A stretch of 52,531 nt of DNA, taken from Nanobdellota archaeon. Its GTDB lineage: Archaea; Nanobdellota; Nanobdellia; Woesearchaeales; GW2011-AR4. The position numbers and the translations under genes were made by a program. Under the pieces are notes generated by a model that was not told the origin of the DNA, ran no database searches, and worked only from the letters and a program-made list of their open reading frames with translations. The stretch's first letter is position 1. Every line of letters starts with the position of its first letter. The stretch is taken from NCBI GenBank assembly GCA_022564635.1, contig JADFLA010000004.1, positions 1 to 52,531 of the forward strand. The letters are read 5' to 3'. Below, piece after piece: positions 1 to 9,159 of this stretch.

Positions 1-1977
1 TAAAAAACTGCCAATAAAGAAAGCACTCATTCCCAATAAAGTAAATACAATGCTTAAACCTAAAAAGAAAGCTATGGTCATTCCCTTAATGTTCTGTTTA
101 GAGGCTCTAAAGGAATAAGCAATATAGGCTGGAAGTATTGGCAAGGTACAAGGAGAAGCAAAAGAAACAAACCCTGCTATCAGGGCAATAATAATCAACA
201 GTAAAATCGGCCCTTGTAGTTTCTCAAGACCTTCTTCCGAGACATTAAAAGCTTGAGATGTAATTTGATTTTTTACTAATTCATCAACCCAAAAATTTTC
301 CTGTTTATCTTTCTCAAATTCCACAATTTTAATTTTGTTAATTTCATATTCTGATAATAAATTGTTTTCTATAATAAATTGTGCAGCTTTAATGAAATAA
401 TATGCACTATCAAGACCACCAATTTCCCTAATCTTATGACCAATAGTTTTAATTCCGGCATTTAAATACAAAGGCTCATTAGTCTGATCATATAATTTAA
501 GCAACGCAAATGCAATGATCCCATTTTCCTGCATAGGTTTTGATAATAATATGTTATCTCCGAGTGCATATAATTCTGTATCTGGACTATTCCTCTCAAA
601 AAATCCACCACCGTTCCAGTCATATAAATTCTCTAAACTAAAATCCGCAATTTTCCTTGCAACTTCTAAATACTCATCTTTACCCAAAACTTCATAACCC
701 TCAACAAATGCCAATAACAAATAAGAATTATCTAAAAGATTGCCTCTAACTCCTTTCTCCTTATTTTCTTTAAAGTAATGATATGCTCCATTATCACTTA
801 CCATATTTTTAGAAAAAAATTCTAATGATTTTTCTGCTATTAATTTATACTTTTTATTGCTAGTTGTCTGCCATAAATAAAGATACGTTAATATTGCATC
901 TGTGTTCCAATCAGAGTATTTTGTTTTTTCTACCCTTGGCTTGTCTGCTGGTCTTGGATATTTTCCATAGTATTCATCCTCTCCATGCACATCACTATTC
1001 CCATAAAAGCCTCCATTTAAGCTGTCATACCAATTTTTCTCAATAAAATCCAATGTTTTCTCAATTACTTCTTTAGTCAGTTCATCATTAGGTTTAATCT
1101 GCAACAAATGAAAATAAGCTTTCAACAATCTAGCATTATCATAAAGCATCTTTTCATAATGAGGTGGCGTCCATTCCCTCGTTGTACCATATCTATGAAA
1201 TCCACCATCAACAGGATCAAATAAATTATAATTTTCCTCTAACTCATCAACTTTTGTATATTGATTTTTTAATGTATTTTCAACAATTTTCAGAAACTGA
1301 TTATTTCCAGTTAATTCGTATAATTCCAAAGAAAAATCCAAAGTTCTGCCTTGTGGAAACTTCCGCCCTGTACCAAAACCACCATGCTCATTATCATAAG
1401 AGCCTAAAATAGATCCTGCAAGATTATTAATTAAATTATTAAGTTGATTTTGAGTTGGGATTATTGGATTTGATTTCTGATAGTTATACAAAACCTGGCT
1501 AGAAAAACTTTTGGAATTTACAAAATTAACCGCTTGCTGCAGATTAGCGACCATATTTGCAACAGGTCGTGGTCCAGAGTAACCAAACAGTCGTTCTCTA
1601 CTTGGTGCTATAACTGTTGTTGATGGCCAGCCACCTTCTAAGTATTGTCTTGTTAAATCCTGTCTCTTATCTGCATCAACATAAATTGGAATAAATTTTT
1701 CATTAATAATATCAACAACTTGTGGATTAAAAAGAAAATCCTCGCTTTCATATACTTGGCACCAATAACACCAAGATGGTGCTGTCAACAATAAGAAGAT
1801 TGGTTTATTTTCTTCTATAGCATCACTAAAAGCCTCAGGTCCGTAATCATACCAATTAATTAAAGGCTTAAGCTCTTCTGCATGTTCGTATGTATAATGT
1901 GATGTTGCATTAGCTATTCCAGGAAAGAATAATAAAACAAACAATACTAAAACAATATATTTGAGGTAAAGATTCAT
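1..1977 (-). CDS. Secreted thioredoxin-domain YyaL/DUF255 family protein fused to a C-terminal CcdA-type membrane domain (runs off the window edge)
   Basis: Absent from the ORF track; translated by hand from ATG 1977 (in-frame upstream ATGs at 2034/2037). Signal peptide ...FPGIANA, then INWYDYGPEAF..KPIFL..WCYWCQ, GGWPST, GGFG..KFP, DPVDGGFHRY, PHYEKMLYDNA, then ALIAGFVSFASPCTLPILPAY (CcdA). Confidence 0.88.
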   Translation of the reverse strand, partial: MNLYLKYIVLVLFVLLFFPGIANATSHYTYEHAEELKPLINWYDYGPEAFSDAIEENKPIFLLLTAPSWCYWCQVYESEDFLFNPQVVDIINEKFIPIYVDADKRQDLTRQYLEGGWPSTTVIAPSRERLFGYSGPRPVANMVANLQQAVNFVNSKSFSSQVLYNYQKSNPIIPTQNQLNNLINNLAGSILGSYDNEHGGFGTGRKFPQGRTLDFSLELYELTGNNQFLKIVENTLKNQYTKVDELEENYNLFDPVDGGFHRYGTTREWTPPHYEKMLYDNARLLKAYFHLLQIKPNDELTKEVIEKTLDFIEKNWYDSLNGGFYGNSDVHGEDEYYGKYPRPADKPRVEKTKYSDWNTDAILTYLYLWQTTSNKKYKLIAEKSLEFFSKNMVSDNGAYHYFKENKEKGVRGNLLDNSYLLLAFVEGYEVLGKDEYLEVARKIADFSLENLYDWNGGGFFERNSPDTELYALGDNILLSKPMQENGIIAFALLKLYDQTNEPLYLNAGIKTIGHKIREIGGLDSAYYFIKAAQFIIENNLLSEYEINKIKIVEFEKDKQENFWVDELVKNQITSQAFNVSEEGLEKLQGPILLLIIIALIAGFVSFASPCTLPILPAYIAYSFRASKQNIKGMTIAFFLGLSIVFTLLGMSAFFIGSFL

Positions 1978-2023
1978 TTTACTTACTTTATTGTTATCCC
2001 CACAACCTTTTTTTGCTTTTATC

Positions 2024-2515
2024 TCAACATCCATCATTAGCTTTGCATATTAAATTTTCCAAATCTTTTTTATAAACAAAAGATGGATGTATTATTTCAT
2101 CAAAGCCATTGACCTTAAGTATCAATGTTGGAACTCTTATTGCCCCATATTGAATAAATTCCTTCTCACAATTGTCAATATTAAAAAACTCCAGAGAAAA
2201 CAAATTTCCTTTCTCTTTCAACAATTGTTTTAGTATAGGATCTTGTTTTTTGCACCATGCACAAAAATCAGAATAAAAGTATTTTATATTAAAAACCGAT
2301 TCTTTGTTGCCTGCTATTGCATCAGGACACCCTTTTTCTTCTAATTTATTTATTTCGCTGAAATCAAAGCTCACTTCATTACTATTCTGGGTTATTAAAT
2401 TATTTAACTCTGCCTTATATTGATAGATAATAACTGCAATTGATATGTTTACGAATATTGCTATTATTAATATTATAGTTAAAGATGTAGTTCTTTTATT
2501 GCTTTTCTTTGACAT
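2024..2515 (-). CDS. Membrane-anchored thioredoxin-family protein
   Basis: N-terminal TM, FYSDFCAWC, RVPT cis-Pro loop. ATG 2515 preferred over TTG 2533. Confidence 0.85.
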   Translation of the reverse strand: MSKKSNKRTTSLTIILIIAIFVNISIAVIIYQYKAELNNLITQNSNEVSFDFSEINKLEEKGCPDAIAGNKESVFNIKYFYSDFCAWCKKQDPILKQLLKEKGNLFSLEFFNIDNCEKEFIQYGAIRVPTLILKVNGFDEIIHPSFVYKKDLENLICKANDGC

Positions 2516-2516
2516 T

Positions 2517-3221
2517 CTAAACAAAAATCGCAAATGCCCTATTTACAGCGATTTGATAATATATAATATAGCTGCCGGCAATTATTATTACAACAGCAGT
2601 TATAACCCTTACATATGGAAATATCCTAGAGAATTTTTTCATAATAGTAACTTTTGACATAGCAGTTATTACAGAGATGCCAACTACTCCAACAGCAGCT
2701 GCAACTGAATATATTAGGAAGATAAATATTCCATCGATAACACTACCTGTACTTAAAGCGCTTATTATTATAGCCAAAAAAACAGGTAGCGTGCAACTCA
2801 TTACTGCTAAACCATACCCTATCCCAAAAGTGTAAAAACGCAAAAAGCCGTTGTTTATTTTTTTCTTGGGTTGCAAATGAAACGGAAGCGCAAAAGAAAA
2901 ATTCTTATTAAATAACATGAAGAAACCAATAATTATCAAGACAAGCCCAACAACCAGGGTAAAGATTGGAATATAAAATTTTATAAAATTGCCAATATAA
3001 ACTATAATAGCTCCTATAATCATAAAGATGGATATTAGACCAAAAGAAACAAACAAACCATTTTTTAAGCCATTAAATAAATCCTTTTTTACATTTTTTT
3101 CACTTTTTTCCCTTCCAATGTAATAAGAAACATAGGCTGGAAGCATAGCTATGCCACATGGGCTTATGAATGTTACAAACCCTGCTGCTATTGCCACAGA
3201 TATTAAAGCCAGACTAATCAT
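2517..3221 (-). CDS. ccdA: CcdA/DsbD-type transmembrane electron transporter
   Basis: About 6 TM segments with the two conserved Cys motifs FISPCGIAMLPAY and MSCTLP. Confidence 0.9.
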   Translation of the reverse strand: MISLALISVAIAAGFVTFISPCGIAMLPAYVSYYIGREKSEKNVKKDLFNGLKNGLFVSFGLISIFMIIGAIIVYIGNFIKFYIPIFTLVVGLVLIIIGFFMLFNKNFSFALPFHLQPKKKINNGFLRFYTFGIGYGLAVMSCTLPVFLAIIISALSTGSVIDGIFIFLIYSVAAAVGVVGISVITAMSKVTIMKKFSRIFPYVRVITAVVIIIAGSYIIYYQIAVNRAFAIFV

Positions 3222-3232
3222 TTTTAAAATTT

Positions 3233-3805
3233 TTAAGCTGTTAAACCTCTAAATATTGTTTCCCATTGCTCGTCATTTAAAACCCCATAGCCGGAGTAAA
3301 GAATAATACCTTCTCTGCTTACTGCAAATTTAGCTGTTGTTCCCCTAATTCCATAATCCGTTAATACTTCCGGATAACCCGGAGCAAAAATAAAGTCATG
3401 ATTTCTACTAGTTTTATATTGGCTTAATATTTGAGCATTTTCAGTCAAATCAAGATCAATTGCTATAAACTCTACTTGGTCCTTATATTTTGGATAAACT
3501 CTATCTACAACAGCCAAATCCTGTGTACAGTAAGGACACCATGTTGCCATAAAATAAACCAAGACAGGCTTGTTTTGCGCAGTTATCTCGCTTAATTTTA
3601 TTGTATTGCCTTCTGTTGTTGTAACTATAAAGTCTGGTGCTCTAAAGTCTTTACTATTACCAACGGGTATATCCCCTATAGCACTTTGTCCTTGCTGCAC
3701 AGCACTGCTGCTTATATTAACGTTTTTAGCACAACCTGCTATAAATATCAATAAAATAACTGAAATTCCTAATAAATATTTAACAAAAATTGCTTTTAGC
3801 TTCAT
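3233..3805 (-). CDS. TlpA/ResA-like redoxin lipoprotein
   Basis: Lipobox FIAGC, APDF, YFMATWCPYC. Confidence 0.88.
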   Translation of the reverse strand: MKLKAIFVKYLLGISVILLIFIAGCAKNVNISSSAVQQGQSAIGDIPVGNSKDFRAPDFIVTTTEGNTIKLSEITAQNKPVLVYFMATWCPYCTQDLAVVDRVYPKYKDQVEFIAIDLDLTENAQILSQYKTSRNHDFIFAPGYPEVLTDYGIRGTTAKFAVSREGIILYSGYGVLNDEQWETIFRGLTA

Positions 3806-3819
3806 TTTTAATCAATCCA

Positions 3820-4449
3820 TTATTTTTTAGTTATAGTATATCCTAATATTTTGCTTAGTTCACTTTCTAAAGTTTCCAATGATGTTATCCAATTATCTTT
3901 ATATGTAATAAAACCATTTTTGTCTATCATAAATGTAGTTACTGTTTGCTTTACACCATACATTGAAGCAATTTTTGTGTCTTTATCCACTAGATGAATC
4001 CAATTTCCTCCATAAATTTTTACATACTTCTTAAAATCTTCATTGGAATCAAGTTGATAGGTATCGATTGATATAATTATTAAGCTATCTTTGTACTTTT
4101 CTTTTAGTTGCTCAAAAGCGTCTCTTTCATCAAAGGTCATTCCACACCAGGTAGCTGTAAAATCTAAGATAACTACTTTACCATTGAAATCGCTCAAGCT
4201 ATATGAATTACCCTTTATGTCCTCAAAAGAAAAATCAGGTGCTTTTTCTTCAACCTCTAGTACTGGTAAATCCTTATCATAAAGTTCTGGTATTGGCATT
4301 CCTCTAGACTTTACTTTAGCCGCATCTTTTATCAGATTTGAAATAAGTATGTTATCATCTTTACTTTGAGTTTGACAGCCAACAATAAAGAGTAACATAC
4401 CTGCCCCTACTAACAAACATGTTTTACTTAGTAATTTATTAAATGACAT
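3820..4449 (-). CDS. TlpA/ResA-like redoxin lipoprotein with CxxT active site
   Basis: Lipobox FIVGC, APDFSF..SLSDFNGKVVILDFTATWCGMT. Confidence 0.85.
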   Translation of the reverse strand: MSFNKLLSKTCLLVGAGMLLFIVGCQTQSKDDNILISNLIKDAAKVKSRGMPIPELYDKDLPVLEVEEKAPDFSFEDIKGNSYSLSDFNGKVVILDFTATWCGMTFDERDAFEQLKEKYKDSLIIISIDTYQLDSNEDFKKYVKIYGGNWIHLVDKDTKIASMYGVKQTVTTFMIDKNGFITYKDNWITSLETLESELSKILGYTITKK

Positions 4450-4484
4450 TTTATTTTCCTGATTATTTTTTTATATTGATATTT

Positions 4485-5423
4485 TTAATGCTCATGCTCA
4501 TCTCCAAAACCTGCTATTGCATCTTCTATAATATGCTCATAATACAAAGACATTCTTTTAATACTTTCTACCTTTCCATTAACGAAAAATGAAGAAGCGT
4601 TGATACCAATTTTTTCAGCAGTTTTTAAGTTATTAACAATTTCAAAAACATATTCTCTGTTTATTATGCAATTTTCAAATTTTTCAATATCAATGCCAAT
4701 CTCATCAGCATAGCTAACTAAATTTTCCTTACTACCAAAATTTTCTTTATCTTGATTTTTAAATAATAATTTGTGATATTCCCAGAACTTATTTTGCTGT
4801 TGAGCACATCTTGCAGCTAAAGCTAAATTTATAGAGTCAGGATTTGGCGCAAAATCCTTAAAAACATACCTCAATTTCCCATTATCTACAAATTCCTTAA
4901 TTATTTTCGGCTTTATTTTTTCATTAAATTCTTTGCATTCTTTACAATTAAAATCCTCAAAAACAATTAAGGTTGTAGCATCTTTGCTTCCTAATATAGG
5001 ATCTGAACTATCTACAAAATCCTCAGCTTTGAAAACTGGTTTTATTTGAAATTTGTTAAACTCTTCTTCTAATAATATCTCTGCATCATAGTAGCTTGTA
5101 AATATTTTTAAACTAATTATATCTTCTGGATTAATTAAACCAGAAATGTATTTTACTTCAGCGGTTTCAGCTTCAAGGTTGATATTAATTTCTTTAATAC
5201 CTTCTTCCGATAATAATGCTTTTTTTATTGTTGTTACACATGTAGGACAAGTCATTCCCCTTACCTTTAAATATGAAGTTTCAATTGAACCATCAAGGAC
5301 ATCATTAGAAGGTTTAGATTTTATATTATTAAAACTAAGAATAGCATAACTCCCGCCTATCATTAACAAAAGTACGAATATAAGTAAATATGTTTTGGAT
5401 TTAATTTCATTCAATTTAAACAC
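4485..5423 (-). CDS. Membrane-anchored HMA domain + DsbA/BdbD-like fusion
   Basis: TM, GMTCPTC (HMA), then DPILG..VFEDFNCKEC..AARCAQQQNKFWEYHKLLF (DsbA family). Start uncertain (GTG 5423 or TTG 5414). Confidence 0.85.
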   Translation of the reverse strand: MFKLNEIKSKTYLLIFVLLLMIGGSYAILSFNNIKSKPSNDVLDGSIETSYLKVRGMTCPTCVTTIKKALLSEEGIKEININLEAETAEVKYISGLINPEDIISLKIFTSYYDAEILLEEEFNKFQIKPVFKAEDFVDSSDPILGSKDATTLIVFEDFNCKECKEFNEKIKPKIIKEFVDNGKLRYVFKDFAPNPDSINLALAARCAQQQNKFWEYHKLLFKNQDKENFGSKENLVSYADEIGIDIEKFENCIINREYVFEIVNNLKTAEKIGINASSFFVNGKVESIKRMSLYYEHIIEDAIAGFGDEHEH

Positions 5424-6314
5424 CTATCTTACCTGCCAAAAATAAACATACATAAGATAAATCCCAACAACAATTAAAAGAGCGCTGCTTATCTTCTTGA
5501 TAGTGTTGCCAGCTATGCTAAGCTTGTTTAATAATAAATCTTTATATGAAGCGGTCATTGTTGTTACAATAACCATTGATAATCCATTTCCAATCAAAAA
5601 CGCTAAAAATCCAAATAAGCCAATTGCAAATTTTCCCAATATGAACGGTGACAAGATAACAATCAAGAAAATTGGTAATGTACATGCAGTTGAGCCAGCA
5701 GCATAAGCCATGCCAAAAAGATAAATCTTAACCTTGGGGCTCTTGATCTTGCTGGAATTTATTTTTCCCACCATACCTGATGATAATCTCTCAAATCCGA
5801 ACTTAAAATCTTTCTTCAGAAAATAACTTACACCCATAATAATAAAAACAATTCCAACTACTAATATTAAGGAATTAGTTATTGATTGTAATGATGTAGC
5901 TGCTCCAATTAAGAATAAAGGTATAGCAATTAAGACAAAGAAAGTTGACATGCCTAATGCTGCTATGAGACCTTTTCCAGCAGCTTTTCCAAAAGTTTCT
6001 TCTTTATCACCAGTTGTTATATAATATGCCATATAACTTGGGAGTATTGCTATTGAGCAAGGACACGGTGCTGAGAAAACTACTGTTCCAGCCAAAAAAC
6101 TAAATGCTAATGTAAGAATTAAAATTGAGTTATCTATATTATTTATATTGGGCAGTATAAACTTATAGTAACTGAAAATTCCTAGTCCAACTATTCCCAG
6201 AAAGATTAATGTAAGTACTAAAATAGATAGTTTGTCTTTACCAGAGCTTTTGGGCATTTTGTTATTTGCATTAGATGTATTCTTTGCTTTATTTGATTTT
6301 TTTATAATTATCAC
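5424..6314 (-). CDS. ccdA: CcdA-type transmembrane electron transporter with extra N-terminal TM
   Basis: FSAPCPCSIAILPSY and STACTLP motifs, multiple TMs. Start codon uncertain. Confidence 0.85.
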   Translation of the reverse strand: MIIIKKSNKAKNTSNANNKMPKSSGKDKLSILVLTLIFLGIVGLGIFSYYKFILPNINNIDNSILILTLAFSFLAGTVVFSAPCPCSIAILPSYMAYYITTGDKEETFGKAAGKGLIAALGMSTFFVLIAIPLFLIGAATSLQSITNSLILVVGIVFIIMGVSYFLKKDFKFGFERLSSGMVGKINSSKIKSPKVKIYLFGMAYAAGSTACTLPIFLIVILSPFILGKFAIGLFGFLAFLIGNGLSMVIVTTMTASYKDLLLNKLSIAGNTIKKISSALLIVVGIYLMYVYFWQVR

Positions 6315-6315
6315 C

Positions 6316-6855
6316 TTAAGGACCTATTTTAATGCTATTCAGAAAGTTAAGCTGCCCATTAACATCGTCCTCATTCCCGTAGCTTATCAATAATCTGTCA
6401 TTATCTTTAATAATATAATTATCGAAATCATTATTCAACTTTTCATTGACGTAAAACTTTAAATTTTTATCATCATTATTGCAATAACTATTTCCTTTGT
6501 CATCTACGAAACAATTTTCATCAAAACCCATTCCTAAAGTCTCTAAAAAATGTCCTATAGTAATTCCGGTGGCATGCTTATGGATAATTATGCCATCCAA
6601 TCCCTCAATATGTACACGTCTCGCTCTAACCATGTATTCAGGCTTTGAAAGATCAAGTACATTACCATTTATGAATATTAAAAATGCAGTATGCTCATGG
6701 GTAGAATCCCAAGGTCCTATTGATGGATCTTTCAACACATATAAAGGCCTATCAATCGGTCCTCCATGAGGGGTGGGTTGAGGTGCTCTGCAACTGGCTA
6801 AGAAAATTAAACTCAATAAAAATAACATTGATAATAACAATTTTTTATTTTTCAT
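6316..6855 (-). CDS. Histidine-motif lipoprotein of unknown function
   Basis: Lipobox LASC; HEH, VHIE and IHKHA motifs; Cys pair CF..YC. Confidence 0.75.
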   Translation of the reverse strand: MKNKKLLLSMLFLLSLIFLASCRAPQPTPHGGPIDRPLYVLKDPSIGPWDSTHEHTAFLIFINGNVLDLSKPEYMVRARRVHIEGLDGIIIHKHATGITIGHFLETLGMGFDENCFVDDKGNSYCNNDDKNLKFYVNEKLNNDFDNYIIKDNDRLLISYGNEDDVNGQLNFLNSIKIGP

Positions 6856-6880
6856 TTTCTATTTTATAATATTATTATTT

Positions 6881-7891
6881 TTATGGTGCCATAGATTGCA
6901 ACTCATCTAAACTATCTCTTATATCAATAGGAATATCTTTACCATATATTTTTTCTAATACTTCTTTGTGTCTAGGCAAATTCTCATTTACCTCTTTTAA
7001 GACCAAATCAGAAAACAACAAAAGCTGCTTTTTCTCCTTACCTTTTTCCTTGGCAGTTTTTACGAATTTTAAAGTGTTGCTGAGAGAAGCTGTATAAGCA
7101 TCTGACAGAGCTTCTTTATTTTCTTCTATCTTATTAATATTTATTAAAAAGTTCATTTCCTTTATTCTATTGTTAGCCATTAAAAACTGATTTTTGGCTT
7201 TGTAAATGACGGTGGGGGATAAAGAAAATCTAACTTGCTCAGTTTTAATTTTTGCAGGATATATGTAGGTTCCAGGAGTATAAGAAGTACCTAAATTTTC
7301 AATTAAAGATGATAATCTTAACATTAATTTTATTCTCTTTTCATTATTTTCTGGAGTTCCTTCTTTAATTTCTTTGCCTCTGCTTTCAACTTCATCCAAT
7401 AAAGAAATAATTTCATCCATCCCTTCCTTGCTCCTTATTGCAGTTAATATTTTAGCTTCTGCCTTTTGTAATGGCTCTATAGCGTACCTATAATCATAAT
7501 CTAAAACCGGGCTGCTTTCAAATTTAAAATCATCAGCTTCTCCTACTATTTTTTCTTCAACAAATTTAGCAGTATAATATCCAGAAAAAATGTCATGGTT
7601 TAAGATTTCATCTTTGCTTATTACAAAATCATTATAGTTTAAAATTGTATTTCCGGTTTCCAATTCTATAGTAGTATTAATTATACCCGGAGTACCTTCC
7701 AATGAACTTTTTACAACATTTGCGCATGCCTGGCAAACAAGACCTTTAACCTCTAATCTTAATTCTTTTATTTTTCCTTGTGTAGCTTTTTCCTCAGGAG
7801 AATTATATAGTAATAATGAAAATAGAAATATCCCCATAATAAAAACAATTCCAAATCCAATAATAAAATTAGTTATTTTTTTACCTTCCAT
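6881..7891 (-). CDS. Membrane-anchored HMA domain + helical DUF5667-like domain
   Basis: TM, GLVCQAC, then TPGTYIYPAKIKTEQVRFSLS, typical of DUF5667-like helical domains. Confidence 0.7.
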   Translation of the reverse strand: MEGKKITNFIIGFGIVFIMGIFLFSLLLYNSPEEKATQGKIKELRLEVKGLVCQACANVVKSSLEGTPGIINTTIELETGNTILNYNDFVISKDEILNHDIFSGYYTAKFVEEKIVGEADDFKFESSPVLDYDYRYAIEPLQKAEAKILTAIRSKEGMDEIISLLDEVESRGKEIKEGTPENNEKRIKLMLRLSSLIENLGTSYTPGTYIYPAKIKTEQVRFSLSPTVIYKAKNQFLMANNRIKEMNFLININKIEENKEALSDAYTASLSNTLKFVKTAKEKGKEKKQLLLFSDLVLKEVNENLPRHKEVLEKIYGKDIPIDIRDSLDELQSMAP

Positions 7892-7903
7892 TTTTAATCA
7901 TAT

Positions 7904-8881
7904 TTATATCTTTTTGTCTTCCAAAAGTTTTGCAGTGTAGCTCCATTCATATTTGGTATTTTCAGAAAAAATATCATTATTTAGAATGTCATTTTCTATT
8001 GAAGTCAAAGTAGAATCATAAACTATAGCCCCTTTACTATTTTCAAGACTTAAAATAACATCAACCACACCGGGAATATCTTTTATGTTATCTTTAATTA
8101 TTTTAATGCACGCTGGACATGTCATTCCTTTTATTTCGAGAACAGCTAAATTGTACCTTTGATTATCAAATATTTCCTCCATTCTTGAGACTTCCTCCTC
8201 AAAATTAATTTGCTTTACTTTACCATAGACATCATCACTTGTTGCAGAGGCATCTAAACTTAGAGATTTTAAACCTAATTTACTTAATTCCTTAACAAGG
8301 GTTTCATACTCTGTAGAATAAGAATCTCTGTAAGCAATTTTTCCATTTTTATCAATTAAAATTGTTGTGCCTGTAAAAGGGCTTCCATATTTTACGACAA
8401 CATTATCGGTATCGCGGGCATAAATCCAATTATCATAACCTTCTGAATATGCCCTAATAAATCTTTTTATGTCTTCGTTTGTTTCTGTAGGATCTATGTC
8501 TACAGATATAATGCTTACTTTTGGAAAATTATTCAATAATTTTCTAAAGTCATCAGTTTCAGAAATGCAAACACCGCACCATGTAGAAAATATCTCAACA
8601 ATCGCTGGATTTCCTCTAAAATCAGACAGTTTAAAGCTTTTTCCATTTACATCCGTAAGTGCGAAATCAGGAGCTTCTTTTCCAGGAGCGCTTTTAATAC
8701 CACCAGCTGCCTTTGCACTTTCTGCTAAAATAAAAGCTATAGGATCAGATTTTTTAATGTCTGGTTTATTAATATTCGTTATAGTAAAATAAATACCTAT
8801 AATAACAACTAACAAAATAAAACCTGCTGACATTCCTAACAAAAAAGTATTTTTTTCCTTTTTTTCCATCTTTAGTTCCAT
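7904..8881 (-). CDS. Membrane-anchored TlpA-like redoxin + C-terminal HMA fusion
   Basis: TM, APDFAL..FSTWCGVC, then GMTCPAC. Confidence 0.85.
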   Translation of the reverse strand: MELKMEKKEKNTFLLGMSAGFILLVVIIGIYFTITNINKPDIKKSDPIAFILAESAKAAGGIKSAPGKEAPDFALTDVNGKSFKLSDFRGNPAIVEIFSTWCGVCISETDDFRKLLNNFPKVSIISVDIDPTETNEDIKRFIRAYSEGYDNWIYARDTDNVVVKYGSPFTGTTILIDKNGKIAYRDSYSTEYETLVKELSKLGLKSLSLDASATSDDVYGKVKQINFEEEVSRMEEIFDNQRYNLAVLEIKGMTCPACIKIIKDNIKDIPGVVDVILSLENSKGAIVYDSTLTSIENDILNNDIFSENTKYEWSYTAKLLEDKKI

Positions 8882-8916
8882 ATCTACTAAAAATCAATTT
8901 ACTCCATTTCTCTTAA

Positions 8917-9141
8917 TCAGAAACAACCGCCTACTTGGTCTGGTATCTCTGCTTGTATATCAATTACACTTTTTGAGGGACTTGGGCTGCCAGTAGTAAT
9001 TTTTGTCGAGGCACTTCCTATTGAAAAGCCTCCTTCATTAAGACTATTTTTGACATTAATTAACTGTATTGCCTGCACTGTTGCTATAAGCAAAGTCACT
9101 ACAACTAAAATTAAAAGTATTTTCTCCATTTTTAACTCCAT
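8917..9141 (-). CDS. Small membrane/secreted protein ending in PDQVGGCF
   Basis: N-terminal hydrophobic segment, Ser/Thr linker, C-terminal tail shared with the upstream gene; GGAGGTG RBS upstream. Confidence 0.8.
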   Translation of the reverse strand: MELKMEKILLILVVVTLLIATVQAIQLINVKNSLNEGGFSIGSASTKITTGSPSPSKSVIDIQAEIPDQVGGCF

Positions 9142-9159
9142 TTTTGCACCTCCATGAAT

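Noticed and set aside
1994-2032. Selenocysteine read-through at Gly-Cys-TGA of the thioredoxin
   Set aside because: Read-through adds only DKSKKRLWG; no SECIS or Sec machinery is visible.
5421-5426. TAG read-through fusing CcdA to HMA-DsbA (same frame, TAG-GTG)
   Set aside because: AGGTG here reads as an RBS for the downstream gene, which has its own N-terminal anchor, and TAG is used as a normal stop elsewhere in the window.
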